52,667 nucleotides of DNA from contig JBDGSE010000036.1 of the NCBI GenBank assembly GCA_042217695.1, positions 1 to 52,667 of the forward strand, in the 5' to 3' direction. The notes under the pieces are model-generated. The model searched no databases, was not told the origin of the DNA, and saw nothing but the letters and a program-made list of their open reading frames with translations. The DNA comes from Candidatus Nanohaloarchaea archaeon. Lineage in GTDB: Archaea; Nanohalarchaeota; Nanosalinia; Nanosalinales; Nanosalinaceae. Made by a program: the position numbers and the translations under genes. Positions 28,606 to 38,685 of this stretch are shown here, piece by piece; within the stretch, counting starts at the first letter, position 1, and each line of letters starts with the position of its first letter.

Positions 28606-29967
28606 ATGGCGTGGAAAAGGCTGAGAGAGAAAGTTCTGGACGAGAACTACCCCTCGGAAGAGGAGCTGGAGAGCACACGGGAGAAGTACAGGGAGCTCTC
28701 CAGGTTTATAAACAGCGAGTTCGGGCTTGAAACCCATTTTGCTGGTTCTGCAGGCAGGGAGACCTGCATAGCTGGTGACAAGGATATTGACCTGTTCGTT
28801 CTTTTCCCGGAGGATACGCCGCGCCGCGAGCTCGAGGAGGACGGACTGCGCATAGGAAAGGCTGTATTCAGAGAGTTCGACGGAGAGTACACGGTGGAGT
28901 ACGCGGAACACCCGTATATAAAGGGAGAGATTGATGGCCACGAGGTCGAGATAGTGCCGTGTATAGATACTGACCCGGAGGACATACAGAGCAGTGTGGA
29001 CAGGACGCCTCACCACTCCAGCTGGGCGGAGGATAACCTCGACGAGGAGCAGAAAAAGGACGTGGTTCTCCTGAAAACGTTTCTCCGGGCAGAGGGTATC
29101 TACGGCTCCTCGCTGAAGACCCGGGGCTTCTCCGGGTACCTCTCCGAGATACTTGTAGCGCACTACGGCAGCTTCCGTCAGCTTACAGAGGCGGCGAAGA
29201 ACTGGCCCGAGAAAAAGGTAATAGACCCCGAGAACCATCACTCGACGCTACCGGCCGAGCTCAGGGAAAAGTTCGAGGAGGACAATCTGGTGGTGATAGA
29301 CCCGGTCGACCCCGCGAGAAACGTTGCCTCGGTCCTCTCCCGTGAGAACTACTCCCGGTTCATATACAATAGCTGGAGGTTTGAACAGGGCCCGGGGATG
29401 GAGTTCTTCCAGGAACCGAAGGTGGAGTTCGACCGTTTCGAGCTGGAACAGGAGATCGACAGAAGGGCAGATTTCCTGGTGCTCGAGTTCGAGAACCCTG
29501 GAGAAGTGGAAGATGTGGTGTATCCCCAGTTAAGGAAGACTGTGAGACGTCTGCGCTCGGAGCTTGACAGGAGGGATTTCCGGGTATTCCAGCAGGGATT
29601 CCACCAGTCCGAGGTCACAAGGATCTTTTTCGAGCTGGAAAGGGAGCTTCCTGCCGTGGAGTACAAACCAGGCCCCAAGGTATTCCATGGTGAGGACCAC
29701 CTGCAGCAGTTCACGGAAAAATACGGGGACGTGTTCGTGGAGGACGACAGGCTCTACGCGAGAGTGGAGAGAGAGTACCGCGACGCAAGGGAGTTCCTCA
29801 GAGACTTCCTTGACTCAGATGCGGAGGGACTCAGGGAGAAGGGGATCCCCAACCATGTCGCGGAGGAGATGACCGATTACAGCTTTACCAGGCCGGTCGT
29901 CGAGGACGAAAAATGGTTAAAGTATCTGGCGGAAAAACTTCATGTGGCAGAATATGAGCGACGTTAA
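28606..29967 (+). CDS. cca: Class I CCA-adding enzyme
   Basis: GS..R.T....DIDLF, YAEHPY, VDRTP.H, GFSGYLSE, VIDPVD..RNVA. Confidence 0.96.
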   Translation: MAWKRLREKVLDENYPSEEELESTREKYRELSRFINSEFGLETHFAGSAGRETCIAGDKDIDLFVLFPEDTPRRELEEDGLRIGKAVFREFDGEYTVEYAEHPYIKGEIDGHEVEIVPCIDTDPEDIQSSVDRTPHHSSWAEDNLDEEQKKDVVLLKTFLRAEGIYGSSLKTRGFSGYLSEILVAHYGSFRQLTEAAKNWPEKKVIDPENHHSTLPAELREKFEEDNLVVIDPVDPARNVASVLSRENYSRFIYNSWRFEQGPGMEFFQEPKVEFDRFELEQEIDRRADFLVLEFENPGEVEDVVYPQLRKTVRRLRSELDRRDFRVFQQGFHQSEVTRIFFELERELPAVEYKPGPKVFHGEDHLQQFTEKYGDVFVEDDRLYARVEREYRDAREFLRDFLDSDAEGLREKGIPNHVAEEMTDYSFTRPVVEDEKWLKYLAEKLHVAEYERR

Positions 29968-30523
29968 CATTCTTGTAGGGCTTTCCGGAGTGGGAAAATC
30001 GACGGTACTCGAGGAAGCGATGCTTCTCTCGGACCATGAATACGAGGTCATAAACTACGGCGATCGGGTCCTTGAACTGGCCCGCGAAGAAGACCTCGTC
30101 GAGGACCGGGACGAACTGAAGAACATCGAGGTGGACACATTCAAGGACCTGCAGAGGCGTGCGGCAGAATCGATAGTCGAGGACGCAGAGGAGGAAGACG
30201 TGATAGTGGACACCCACGCCGCCATAGAATCGCCCTATGGCTTCATACCGGGGTTGCCGAAGTGGACGCTGGAACACCTTGAACCGGAGAAGATAATCAT
30301 ACTCGACGCGGATCCCGAGGAGATATTCGCCCGTAGCGAAAGGGACGAGGACCGCGATCGGGAGCACGAATCCGTCAACGATGTCAGGCTTTACCGGGAC
30401 GTTGCCCGTGAGATGGCGTCTGCAGGAGCGGTTATGACCGGTGCCTACCTGAAGGTCATCAGCAACCCTCCGAACGCCGCCCACGAGGCCGCAGAGGAAC
30501 TCCTGGAGACTCTGAACGGTTAG
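29954..30523 (+). CDS. adkA: Archaeal adenylate kinase
   Basis: GLSGVGKST, NYGD, DTHAAI....GFIPGLP. Confidence 0.93.
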   Translation: MSDVNILVGLSGVGKSTVLEEAMLLSDHEYEVINYGDRVLELAREEDLVEDRDELKNIEVDTFKDLQRRAAESIVEDAEEEDVIVDTHAAIESPYGFIPGLPKWTLEHLEPEKIIILDADPEEIFARSERDEDRDREHESVNDVRLYRDVAREMASAGAVMTGAYLKVISNPPNAAHEAAEELLETLNG

Positions 30524-30529
30524 CCCGAC

Positions 30530-31216
30530 TCAGGAAAGATAGTACTTGGGAGACACGACGAACAGGTACGTGGTGACTATTGCGGAGAGCAGCCTGCCCG
30601 CGGCAAAACCGGCGTATCCCAGCCCGCGGAAGATGCCCTGGGTCAGGCTTGCGAAGCCGAGGAGTGCAAGAGAGAACATCAGCAGCAGGCCGACCTCACG
30701 GGAGTTATCCGTGGAGGTCGAGACCGATTCGGTAAGACTCTTAAGGAACGAACGGTTCTTCACGATGGTTATCGGCAGGAAGTAGACCCCGAAGCTGAGT
30801 GCCAGAACGGCGGCGAGCGAGAGGGCGCTGCCTGCGACGAGCGCCGTGATATTCCCCTCCAGCATGTAGAGGATGAACCCGGCGCTCATCGGAAGTGAGA
30901 AAAGGAGCCCGGTCACCAGGAAAAGTGCTGAGGCCTTCAGAACTGTCTTCCAGCGGTTCACAGTGGCTCTGAAACCGTCTTTCAGTCCTCTGTCGGAGTC
31001 CACCATTGCCGCCACCATGACCGACACGGCGACGCCAAGTACTACGAGGAACGGAAGGGCTGCGGCGTAGTAGAGATAGGATGGCTGACCTATGGAGTTG
31101 AGCAGGCCCAGCATCCATACCGTACTTACGGAGGTGGAGAAGATCTTCGGGGCAAACAGCCTTGGTCTCTCCTCCAGCAGCTCGAAGCTCTCTGAAAGTA
31201 CTCTGGCCAAGCCCAT
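30530..31216 (-). CDS. Multi-pass membrane protein
   Basis: About 6 hydrophobic helices. Confidence 0.75.
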   Translation of the reverse strand: MGLARVLSESFELLEERPRLFAPKIFSTSVSTVWMLGLLNSIGQPSYLYYAAALPFLVVLGVAVSVMVAAMVDSDRGLKDGFRATVNRWKTVLKASALFLVTGLLFSLPMSAGFILYMLEGNITALVAGSALSLAAVLALSFGVYFLPITIVKNRSFLKSLTESVSTSTDNSREVGLLLMFSLALLGFASLTQGIFRGLGYAGFAAGRLLSAIVTTYLFVVSPKYYLS

Positions 31217-31415
31217 GTTATATGCAGGGGCCCATAGACTTCTAAACCTTGCCCGAGATTATTTGTTTTTGGAGAGTAACTACACCTTTAGCCGCCGCGG
31301 ATTATCGAACGCTGTGTTGTCACCCTCCGCTGGAAACAGAGAACGGTGCTAAGGCCGTGTTTTTTCACTTCCTGAAAGCAAAAGGTTAATAAGACTTATA
31401 GACTGTAGAATCCTT

Positions 31416-31697
31416 ATGGCGAGCCTCTGGGACATCGGTAAGAGTACTAAGGAGAAGCTCGCCGATGAATGGGAATCCAATGGCGTTCTAGAAGAGAAGG
31501 TTGAACAGCACAGGGACAAATTCGAGGACGAGTTCAGGCAGAACATGCAGGAAGACGTGCCTACTCATCCGTACAAGATTTACAGGGAGATAGTCGAGTC
31601 TCGGGAACTTTCGGACGAGGAGCGTATAGCCCTCGAGTTCATGAAGGACGAGTTCTCCGAGAAATGGCAGAGACTCAAGAACACCCATTCCAACTGA
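31416..31697 (+). CDS. Hypothetical protein
   Basis: 93-aa acidic ORF with upstream TATA-like TTAATA/TTATA. Confidence 0.7.
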   Translation: MASLWDIGKSTKEKLADEWESNGVLEEKVEQHRDKFEDEFRQNMQEDVPTHPYKIYREIVESRELSDEERIALEFMKDEFSEKWQRLKNTHSN

Positions 31698-31754
31698 GAA
31701 TTCATCGGTGAGCATTCGGGAGGGGGTTCGCGCCCTTCTTTTTCTTTTTGTTCT

Positions 31755-33329
31755 CTACTCAAGCTCTCTGACCATGTAGGGTCCTTCAAGCTCGTACCCC
31801 ATCTTGCGGTAATACTCCCGTGTTCCGACCGCCGAGATCACAGCGACTTTTTCCTTTCCGAGTTCGCGGGCCTTCTCCTCCGCGGCCTCCATCAACCGCT
31901 TCCCGAACCCCTGGTGCTGTACTTCGCCCTCCGAACCGATGTCTGCCGCGGCGCCGAGCACCTTTAACTGCCGGACTATCAACGTGTCGGAATCTATCTC
32001 CGGCCGGTGGGATCCCGGGGGAGCCCTCAGCCTTGTGAAACCCAGGATGATATCTTTCTCCCTGTCTTCAAAGCTCAGGAAGTACTCGTGACCGCCTGAC
32101 GCGGCATAGTCGCGCTCCACGAGTTCCACGTCCTCCGGCTCTTCATCCCTTTTCCTCCTGACGTGGCCGACCTCCCTGCAGCGGATGCACCGGCAACGTT
32201 TGCCTTCCTCCTCGAGCTCCTGTAGTGCCAGCTGTCTCATGTTTGTGAGCGCCGGCCCCGCATCCACCTCTGTGGATGGGATGTCTCTCATAACGCGTTT
32301 TATCCTTACGTGAGGAGGGATGTGGTTTACCTGTATCTCTTTCAGCCTGTCTTTGGCCTCCTCTTCATCGATGGGTTCGAACTCTCCCTCCTCGTACCGC
32401 CGGTACAGTTCCGTGCCCTTTATGACCTCCGTAGGGTATATCTTCACCTCGTCGGGCTGGTACTTCTCCTCAGAGAATATCTTCCTGAACTTCTCTATGT
32501 CGTCTTCCCGGGTTTCGCCAGGCATCCCCAGCATCATGTGGTAGGCCACCTTGAAACCTGCGTTCTTCAGACGTTTCGTGGCCTCTATAACCGGTTCCAT
32601 GCCGTGACCCCGGTTTGTCAGCTCGTGAGTCTCATCGAAGACGGTCTGGACGCCCATCTCCACACGGGTACCTCCAAGCTCAAGTATACGGTTTATGTGC
32701 TCTTTCTCCGCGATGTCGGGCCGTGTCTCGAACGTTACACCCACGTTCCGGACATCCGCGGTCTCGTTCCTTCGCTGTGCCTCTTCAAGCGTCTCCGCCT
32801 CTTCCCCTCCACGGTACGTGTTAAAGCCGTCGAAGGCCCGTTTCACGAACTCTCGCTGGTACTCGGGGTCCTGGAAGGGGAACGTTCCTCCCATAACGAT
32901 AAGTTTCGATTTGTCGATGGAATGCCCGTTCTTCTCGTACTGGTTCAGGCGGTCGTGGACCTGGTCGAACGGGTCGTAGTTGTTTCTTATCGCCCGCCGG
33001 GTGGCAGGCTCCTTCCCGGTGTAGCTCTGTGGCGCTTTCTTTCCCTTCGGACAGTAGACACATCCTCCGCCGCATGGAGCCGGTCGTGCCATCACTGCGA
33101 CGTTGGCTATACCGGATATCGTGCGCATCGGTTTGGTCATCAGGACCTTCCTGGCGCGCTCTTCATCATCCGAGGCGAACTCCAGTATGTCGCTGTTCTT
33201 CGGCATCCCCGGGAACCCCAGTTCTGAACAGAGTTCCTTCTTGCGCTGCTCTACCTCGTCTTTCGAGTCTATCTCCTCTCCCTCGATCTCATCGATTATG
33301 GTGCGGGAAAGTTTTTCCAGATCGGACAT
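31755..33329 (-). CDS. elp3: Elp3 radical-SAM/GNAT tRNA U34 carboxymethyltransferase
   Basis: CxxxCxxC (CGGGCVYC), ETRPD, ELG.TRVEMGVQ, QHQGFG, ISAVGTREYY. Confidence 0.97.
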   Translation of the reverse strand: MSDLEKLSRTIIDEIEGEEIDSKDEVEQRKKELCSELGFPGMPKNSDILEFASDDEERARKVLMTKPMRTISGIANVAVMARPAPCGGGCVYCPKGKKAPQSYTGKEPATRRAIRNNYDPFDQVHDRLNQYEKNGHSIDKSKLIVMGGTFPFQDPEYQREFVKRAFDGFNTYRGGEEAETLEEAQRRNETADVRNVGVTFETRPDIAEKEHINRILELGGTRVEMGVQTVFDETHELTNRGHGMEPVIEATKRLKNAGFKVAYHMMLGMPGETREDDIEKFRKIFSEEKYQPDEVKIYPTEVIKGTELYRRYEEGEFEPIDEEEAKDRLKEIQVNHIPPHVRIKRVMRDIPSTEVDAGPALTNMRQLALQELEEEGKRCRCIRCREVGHVRRKRDEEPEDVELVERDYAASGGHEYFLSFEDREKDIILGFTRLRAPPGSHRPEIDSDTLIVRQLKVLGAAADIGSEGEVQHQGFGKRLMEAAEEKARELGKEKVAVISAVGTREYYRKMGYELEGPYMVRELE

Positions 33330-33376
33330 GTACTCGACATTACAGTGAAAAGTTAAAAAGAAAGAGACTTCCCAGT

Positions 33377-34222
33377 ATGTATATGCGTGACAAACTCATT
33401 CTTCTTGTACTCGCTGTCCTCTTGACAGCGAACGGGACGGCATTCGACCTCGGGCTGGGATCCGAGAGGGCGGCTGTCATACAGCTTTCAGGACCCATAA
33501 CACCCACCGCCTCAGGTTTCTCCTCGGGTATAACGCCTGAAGAGGTAAGAGAACTCAATCATCGGGCCCGGCAGATGGATGCCGAGGCGATAGTCTACGA
33601 GATAAACTCCGGTGGGGGCGCGGTTGTGGCCTCCAAGGAGGCAATGAGAGCCATAGAGAACGTGGATGTTCCAACTGTATGCAGGCTCCGGGATCTTGGG
33701 GCTTCCGGCGCTTACCTGCTGTCGCTGGGCTGTGACAGGATAGTCGCGGACTCCGCCACACTTACCGGCAGCATAGGAGTTAAAAGCTCTTACCTCGAGT
33801 TTTCAGGTCTCCTGCGCCGGCACGGTATCCAGTACGTAAACATCACTGCCGGTAGATACAAGGACACGGGGAGCCGTTACATGAACCTGACGGAGGGGGA
33901 GAAGGAGATGTTGAAGCAGAAGATAGAACGTATACACGCCCAGTTCCTAGAGCTTGTGGATGAGGAGAGAAACCTTACCGCTGAACAGCTGGAAACCGTG
34001 AGAACCGGAGAGGCATTCCTGGGTTCCCGGGCGAAAGAACTGGGTCTCGTTGACAGGCTCGGCGGGAGAGAAACCGCGTTCAACGTGGCCGAGAACATGA
34101 CAGGGAAGGATCTCGTGTTCAACGTGGTGGAAAGAGAGTCAGGCTTCAGTTTCTTATCGTTCCTGTCCTCGTCGGTGTCGCTTGACTTCAGCCAGTCGGC
34201 TTTCAGCTCTGTATACCGCTAG
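33377..34222 (+). CDS. sppA: Signal peptide peptidase SppA (S49)
   Basis: INSGGG, ASGAY, TLTGSIGV, AGRYKD, GLVD.LG; start 33377 or 33383. Confidence 0.93.
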   Translation: MYMRDKLILLVLAVLLTANGTAFDLGLGSERAAVIQLSGPITPTASGFSSGITPEEVRELNHRARQMDAEAIVYEINSGGGAVVASKEAMRAIENVDVPTVCRLRDLGASGAYLLSLGCDRIVADSATLTGSIGVKSSYLEFSGLLRRHGIQYVNITAGRYKDTGSRYMNLTEGEKEMLKQKIERIHAQFLELVDEERNLTAEQLETVRTGEAFLGSRAKELGLVDRLGGRETAFNVAENMTGKDLVFNVVERESGFSFLSFLSSSVSLDFSQSAFSSVYR

Positions 34223-34257
34223 AAAAACCTGGGGGGGGAATAGAAAAGAGATGTTTT

Positions 34258-35103
34258 TTATTCAGGTCCTTCAGGCCCTTCAGGTTTCTCCGGCTTCTTC
34301 GAATGGCTCCAGAGCATGTCAAACACAGGCCTGAGAGTCTGCTCGGCCATGTGGTCGCTCTTGGACCAGAAGGCGGTCTCCTGCGTGTTGTGGACCTCGT
34401 CGTGGGTCATCGACATGGTGACCGTGTCCTCGTCCACTATGGTGAACCTCCCCTGCGGCACATCAAAGTCGTCGCCTTCGAGGTGCCTTATCTCTGCGAA
34501 CTGTCTGATGTCCTCGTAGGCGTCCCAGTTGTCCTCCTCTATCGGTGCGAGTATCTGGACGTTTACACCCTCTTCCTTCGCTTCCTTCAAGAGATCGGCG
34601 TGCTGGTTCCTGATGTTCTTCAGCCCGTCCGCGGAGGTCACTATGTGTATGCTTTCCTCGGCGTCCTCGAACATCGTGCCAAGGTGCTGGTGGATCTGGT
34701 GCGACCCCTTCAGCGAGCCAGACATCTCGGCCGGGTCCACGAGTTCCACGCCCTGGTCGTAGAGGTTCTCGAGTTCCTCGACGGCCTCGGAATCCTTGAA
34801 GGCCTCGAGTTTACCCAGCTTCTCCTCCAGATCTTTCTGATGCTGCTTCTTTATGTTGTCTATCGCCTGGCCTGGAGGGATGGCAACGTATTCCATCGGC
34901 TTGCTGGACTTGATAACAGCAAAGCCCTTGTCCGCCAGCGATTCGAGAACATCATAGGCCCGTGAACGGGGAACATTAGTCATCTCGGAAAGTTCTCCGG
35001 CGGTTGAAACTCCTCTGCCGAGCAGAGCAGCGTATATTTTTCGTTCGTACATGTTCAGCCCGATATCTTCCAGGGCGTCCAGCGTCTCTTGGCTTGCGAC
35101 CAT
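34258..35103 (-). CDS. TrmB-family transcriptional regulator
   Basis: GLNMYE.KIY..LL, VPRSRAYDVLESL..KG HTH plus effector domain; AGGTG SD supports ATG 35103. Confidence 0.92.
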   Translation of the reverse strand: MVASQETLDALEDIGLNMYERKIYAALLGRGVSTAGELSEMTNVPRSRAYDVLESLADKGFAVIKSSKPMEYVAIPPGQAIDNIKKQHQKDLEEKLGKLEAFKDSEAVEELENLYDQGVELVDPAEMSGSLKGSHQIHQHLGTMFEDAEESIHIVTSADGLKNIRNQHADLLKEAKEEGVNVQILAPIEEDNWDAYEDIRQFAEIRHLEGDDFDVPQGRFTIVDEDTVTMSMTHDEVHNTQETAFWSKSDHMAEQTLRPVFDMLWSHSKKPEKPEGPEGPE

Positions 35104-35234
35104 CTGTTTTTGCACCTACGTCTTATCTAAATCTTCTTTAAAGGCAGTTATAAACCTTTTTCCAAGGGATTCAAGGCTACTCCCCCGGTTTAAAGGTTTT
35201 TATCATCGCCTGGTAAACAATGCCCTGTGAATAT

Positions 35235-35879
35235 TTATAAAAGCTTGCTTAACCGGCGCCTCACCTTGTCCACGAGACCCCTCGATTTCTTGCCGTATAT
35301 CCTCTTCTCCTCGTACAGCCCCTTCCATTCAACGCCGTCGAACACGCTCGCGATCTGGTTCCCGTACTCGTCGTAGTAGGTCATCTCGTTCATCCGGAAC
35401 TTGGGCTCCCTGTCCTCCGGCTCGTCAGTGTACGCAAAGCTTACAATCCCCACCACCAGCTTTCCTCCAGGTACTTTGAACTGGTCCGCCACCACTTCCT
35501 CGTTAAAACCGCTGACCCAGATGGACGTGATGCCGTTCTCCCTCGCCACGAGCCTCATGTTCTGCGCGGCCACGGAGGCCTCTGCGACACATGCCGAACG
35601 GGCCTGGTCCTCTCCAAGCCGGCGGGCCATCCTTTCTATGTCCGAGACCACGAGGACCGATGTCGGGGCCTCTTCGACCCGGGGATCGCCGACAGCGCTG
35701 GCCAGGGACTCTTTCTTCCCGGAGTCCTCCACAACGATGAACTCCATGGACTGTATGTTCTTGGGAGAGGGGGCCTGTCTCCCGGCCTCCAGTATCTTCC
35801 CCATGGTCTTTCTGGGTATGGTCTCGTCTTTACACTCGCGGAACGTTTCCAGATTGACAATGTTCTCGAAGGAACTCAT
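35235..35879 (-). CDS. Nitroreductase-family protein
   Basis: ILEAGRQAPS..N.Q..EFIVV, AAQNM.L.A...GI.S.W. Confidence 0.9.
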   Translation of the reverse strand: MSSFENIVNLETFRECKDETIPRKTMGKILEAGRQAPSPKNIQSMEFIVVEDSGKKESLASAVGDPRVEEAPTSVLVVSDIERMARRLGEDQARSACVAEASVAAQNMRLVARENGITSIWVSGFNEEVVADQFKVPGGKLVVGIVSFAYTDEPEDREPKFRMNEMTYYDEYGNQIASVFDGVEWKGLYEEKRIYGKKSRGLVDKVRRRLSKLL

Positions 35880-35936
35880 ATACCAGTTAACAATTGGATG
35901 GTTACGGTTTAAACTTTCACCCGGGAAAACAGGTCT

Positions 35937-37610
35937 ATGGAGTACTCAAAGCTTGCGGAGACCTACCAGGAACTGGAGTCGACGCAGAAGACACTGGAAA
36001 AGACATCGATACTTGCAGAACTCTTCCGGGAGGCGGGCGAAGACCTTCCAGAGGTGGTGCTCCTCAGTCTTGGCCGCCCCTACCCGTCCTGGAAGGCACA
36101 CGAGATAGGTATATCAAGCAAAATGATGGTCGATGTGATCAGTCAGGCCACAGGACACTCTGAAGACGAGGTAGAGGAACTCTGGAAGGAGAAGGGTGAC
36201 CTCGGCTCTGCCGCCGAAGAGATGGTGGGTAAAAAGACTCAGCAACGGCTTATGGCACAGGAACTCACCGTGGAAAAGGTGATGTCCCGTATAAGAAAGG
36301 TCGCGGAGAAGGAGGCCTCGGGCATATCGGAGTCGGTGAGCCAGGACAAGAAGAAAAAAGAGATAGCAGGCCTGATATCGTCTGCCGACCCCCTCGAGGC
36401 CCGTTACGTGACAAGGACGGTGCTCCAGACGCTCCGGCTGGGGGTCGCAGAGGGTATAATACGTGACGCGCTGTCAGAGGCTTTCTTCGACGGCGAGCAT
36501 CCCGAAGAGATCCAGCGAGGGTTCGACGTGACAAACGATTTCGCCGAGGTGGCGGAGGCCTGCACCAGGGGGCTGGAGGCAGTTGAATCGCTGGAGATGG
36601 AGCTTTTTCGCCCGGTGAACTCCATGCTTGCCAAGAAGGTGGATACCATCGAAGAGGGCTTTGAAGAGGTCGGGGAGCCCGCCGCCATCGACTACAAGTA
36701 CGACGGGATGCGGGCCCAGATACACCTGGAAGAGGATGAGGTGGCTGTATTCACCCGGAGGCTTGAGGATGTAACAGAACAGTTCCCGGACGTGGAGGAG
36801 GCGGTCAGGGAACATGTCGACGCCGAGAGAGCGGTTATAGACACCGAGGTCGTGGCCTACGACCCTGAGGACGGCTCAACTATCCCCTTCCAGAAGCTTT
36901 CGCGCCGCATCAAGAGAAAATACGACATACAGAAGATGAAGAAGGAGATCCCTGTCGAGGTCCGGCCCTTTGACCTGATCTACCTTGACGAGCCTCTTCT
37001 CTCCGTCCCCTACAGCGAGAGATGGCGCAGGCTGGGAGAGATCGTCGAGGAAAACGACCAGGAACTCACGCTCGTCGACCACAGGCAGACCTCGGAGGAG
37101 GAAGAAGTCAGCTCGATGCAGCAGCGCGCCCTGGACGAGGGCCACGAGGGCATAATGATGAAAGCCCTGGACCGCGGATACAGGCCAGGTTCCCGGGTCG
37201 GCTACATGGTGAAACTGAAACCGGTGATGGAGACCCTGGACCTGGCGATAGTCGGCGGCGAATGGTCCGAAGGCCGTAGAAGTGGATGGATAGGCAGCCT
37301 GACCCTGGGCTGTTACAACGAGGAAAGAGGAGAGTACCAGGAGGTCGGCAAGATGGCGACCGGCCTCACAGACGAACAGCTCCAGGAGATAACCGACAGG
37401 CTGGAGCCACTGATAGTGGACGAGGAAGGGCGTGAAGTGGAGGTGAAGCCCGAGGTCATAGTCGAGGTGGAGTACGAGGAGATACAGGAATCCCCGCACT
37501 ACAGTTCGGGTTACGCGCTGCGTTTCCCGAGGCTGAAGCAGTTCCGTGACGACAAGAAGGAACCTGACTCAAAAGAAAAGGTAAAAGAACTGTATAACGA
37601 CCAGAACTGA
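35937..37610 (+). CDS. lig: ATP-dependent DNA ligase
   Basis: YKYDG.RAQ, EGIMMK, VKLKP, ALRFPR. Confidence 0.98.
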   Translation: MEYSKLAETYQELESTQKTLEKTSILAELFREAGEDLPEVVLLSLGRPYPSWKAHEIGISSKMMVDVISQATGHSEDEVEELWKEKGDLGSAAEEMVGKKTQQRLMAQELTVEKVMSRIRKVAEKEASGISESVSQDKKKKEIAGLISSADPLEARYVTRTVLQTLRLGVAEGIIRDALSEAFFDGEHPEEIQRGFDVTNDFAEVAEACTRGLEAVESLEMELFRPVNSMLAKKVDTIEEGFEEVGEPAAIDYKYDGMRAQIHLEEDEVAVFTRRLEDVTEQFPDVEEAVREHVDAERAVIDTEVVAYDPEDGSTIPFQKLSRRIKRKYDIQKMKKEIPVEVRPFDLIYLDEPLLSVPYSERWRRLGEIVEENDQELTLVDHRQTSEEEEVSSMQQRALDEGHEGIMMKALDRGYRPGSRVGYMVKLKPVMETLDLAIVGGEWSEGRRSGWIGSLTLGCYNEERGEYQEVGKMATGLTDEQLQEITDRLEPLIVDEEGREVEVKPEVIVEVEYEEIQESPHYSSGYALRFPRLKQFRDDKKEPDSKEKVKELYNDQN

Positions 37611-37634
37611 AAGGGAGAAAGAAAAAACGGGGTT

Positions 37635-37964
37635 CTAGTCGTGTTTCTGGGCCTGATGGATCTTCATTCCTCTCTCCGTGTCGAACTCCTTTCCGCATTC
37701 GGGACAGGCGTAACTCTCGTCCTCCTCTTCTGTCTCCTGCTCCTCGGCGGAGAACCGATCTTCAACATCCAAGGTCTGCTGCTGTTCCCGGCGCATCTTC
37801 CACTCATCGCTTTCAAGCCACACGATGAACGCGCCCACCAGTATCAGCAGTGGACCGATGCCGGCCTTGATAAGCATGACAAGTTCGTCAAGGAATGTTA
37901 CGGTGGAGAAAACTCCGACCACGACCATCAAAGCTCCGATCAAAATTTTAATTGCTGGATGCAT
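37635..37964 (-). CDS. Two-TM membrane protein with C-terminal C2H2 zinc finger
   Basis: YACPECGKEFDTERGMKIHQAQKH. Confidence 0.8.
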   Translation of the reverse strand: MHPAIKILIGALMVVVGVFSTVTFLDELVMLIKAGIGPLLILVGAFIVWLESDEWKMRREQQQTLDVEDRFSAEEQETEEEDESYACPECGKEFDTERGMKIHQAQKHD

Positions 37965-38079
37965 GGTATCACACCTGGATAATAACAGTTAGGTCTTTTA
38001 TGTGTTTTGATGGAGCGAACCCTGTTCCGAAGGGATTTATAACATTTTTCAATCCTTTAATCGTTACGAGGATGTTAAA

Positions 38080-38652
38080 ATGGGATACTACGAGTACGCC
38101 CGCGAACAGTACGACCAACCGAAAGAGAACCTCGACGAGGTCTGGCAGGAAAGACTGGTCGAGTGGAGACAGGAAGACGCCATAGTGGAGACAGAGCCCA
38201 CCCGGCTTCCAAAGGCACGACAGCTCGGATACAAGGCAAAGAACGGGTTCAAGGTCGTACGTGTGAAGGTCGACAAGGGAGGGACGAAAAGGTCCCGTAC
38301 CTCGGGCGGGAGACGTCCCAAGAGATCCGGTCAGAACAGGTTCTCCCGGAAGAAATCCAAGCAGGTTATCGCGGAACAGAGAGCCTCCAGAAGGTTCGAC
38401 GGACTGGAAGTACTGAACAGCTACTGGGTCGCGGAAGACGGCAACCGTAAATGGTTCGAGGTCATGCTGGTCGATCCGGAACACCCCGAGATCCAGAGCG
38501 ACGACGACCTGAACTGGATCTGCGACGAGAAGAACAGGGCTGAAAGAGGTTTAACGCCGGCGGCAAGAGAGTCCCGAGGCCTGAGGAACAGGGGCAAGGG
38601 AGCCGAGAAGCTGAGGCCCTCACAGGCAGCAAACGACAACAAGGGAAAGTAA
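38080..38652 (+). CDS. rpl15e: 50S ribosomal protein L15e
   Basis: PTRL.KAR.LGYKAK, LEVLNSYWV.EDG..KWFEV.LVD. Confidence 0.98.
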   Translation: MGYYEYAREQYDQPKENLDEVWQERLVEWRQEDAIVETEPTRLPKARQLGYKAKNGFKVVRVKVDKGGTKRSRTSGGRRPKRSGQNRFSRKKSKQVIAEQRASRRFDGLEVLNSYWVAEDGNRKWFEVMLVDPEHPEIQSDDDLNWICDEKNRAERGLTPAARESRGLRNRGKGAEKLRPSQAANDNKGK

Positions 38653-38685
38653 AGTTTTCTATCCCTTTCCCCCATAAACTAACAT

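Noticed and set aside
31325..31341. CTCCGCTGGAAACAGAG resembles an archaeal ORB replication-origin box
   Set aside because: Single copy, no G-string, no inverted partner, no adjacent orc1/cdc6
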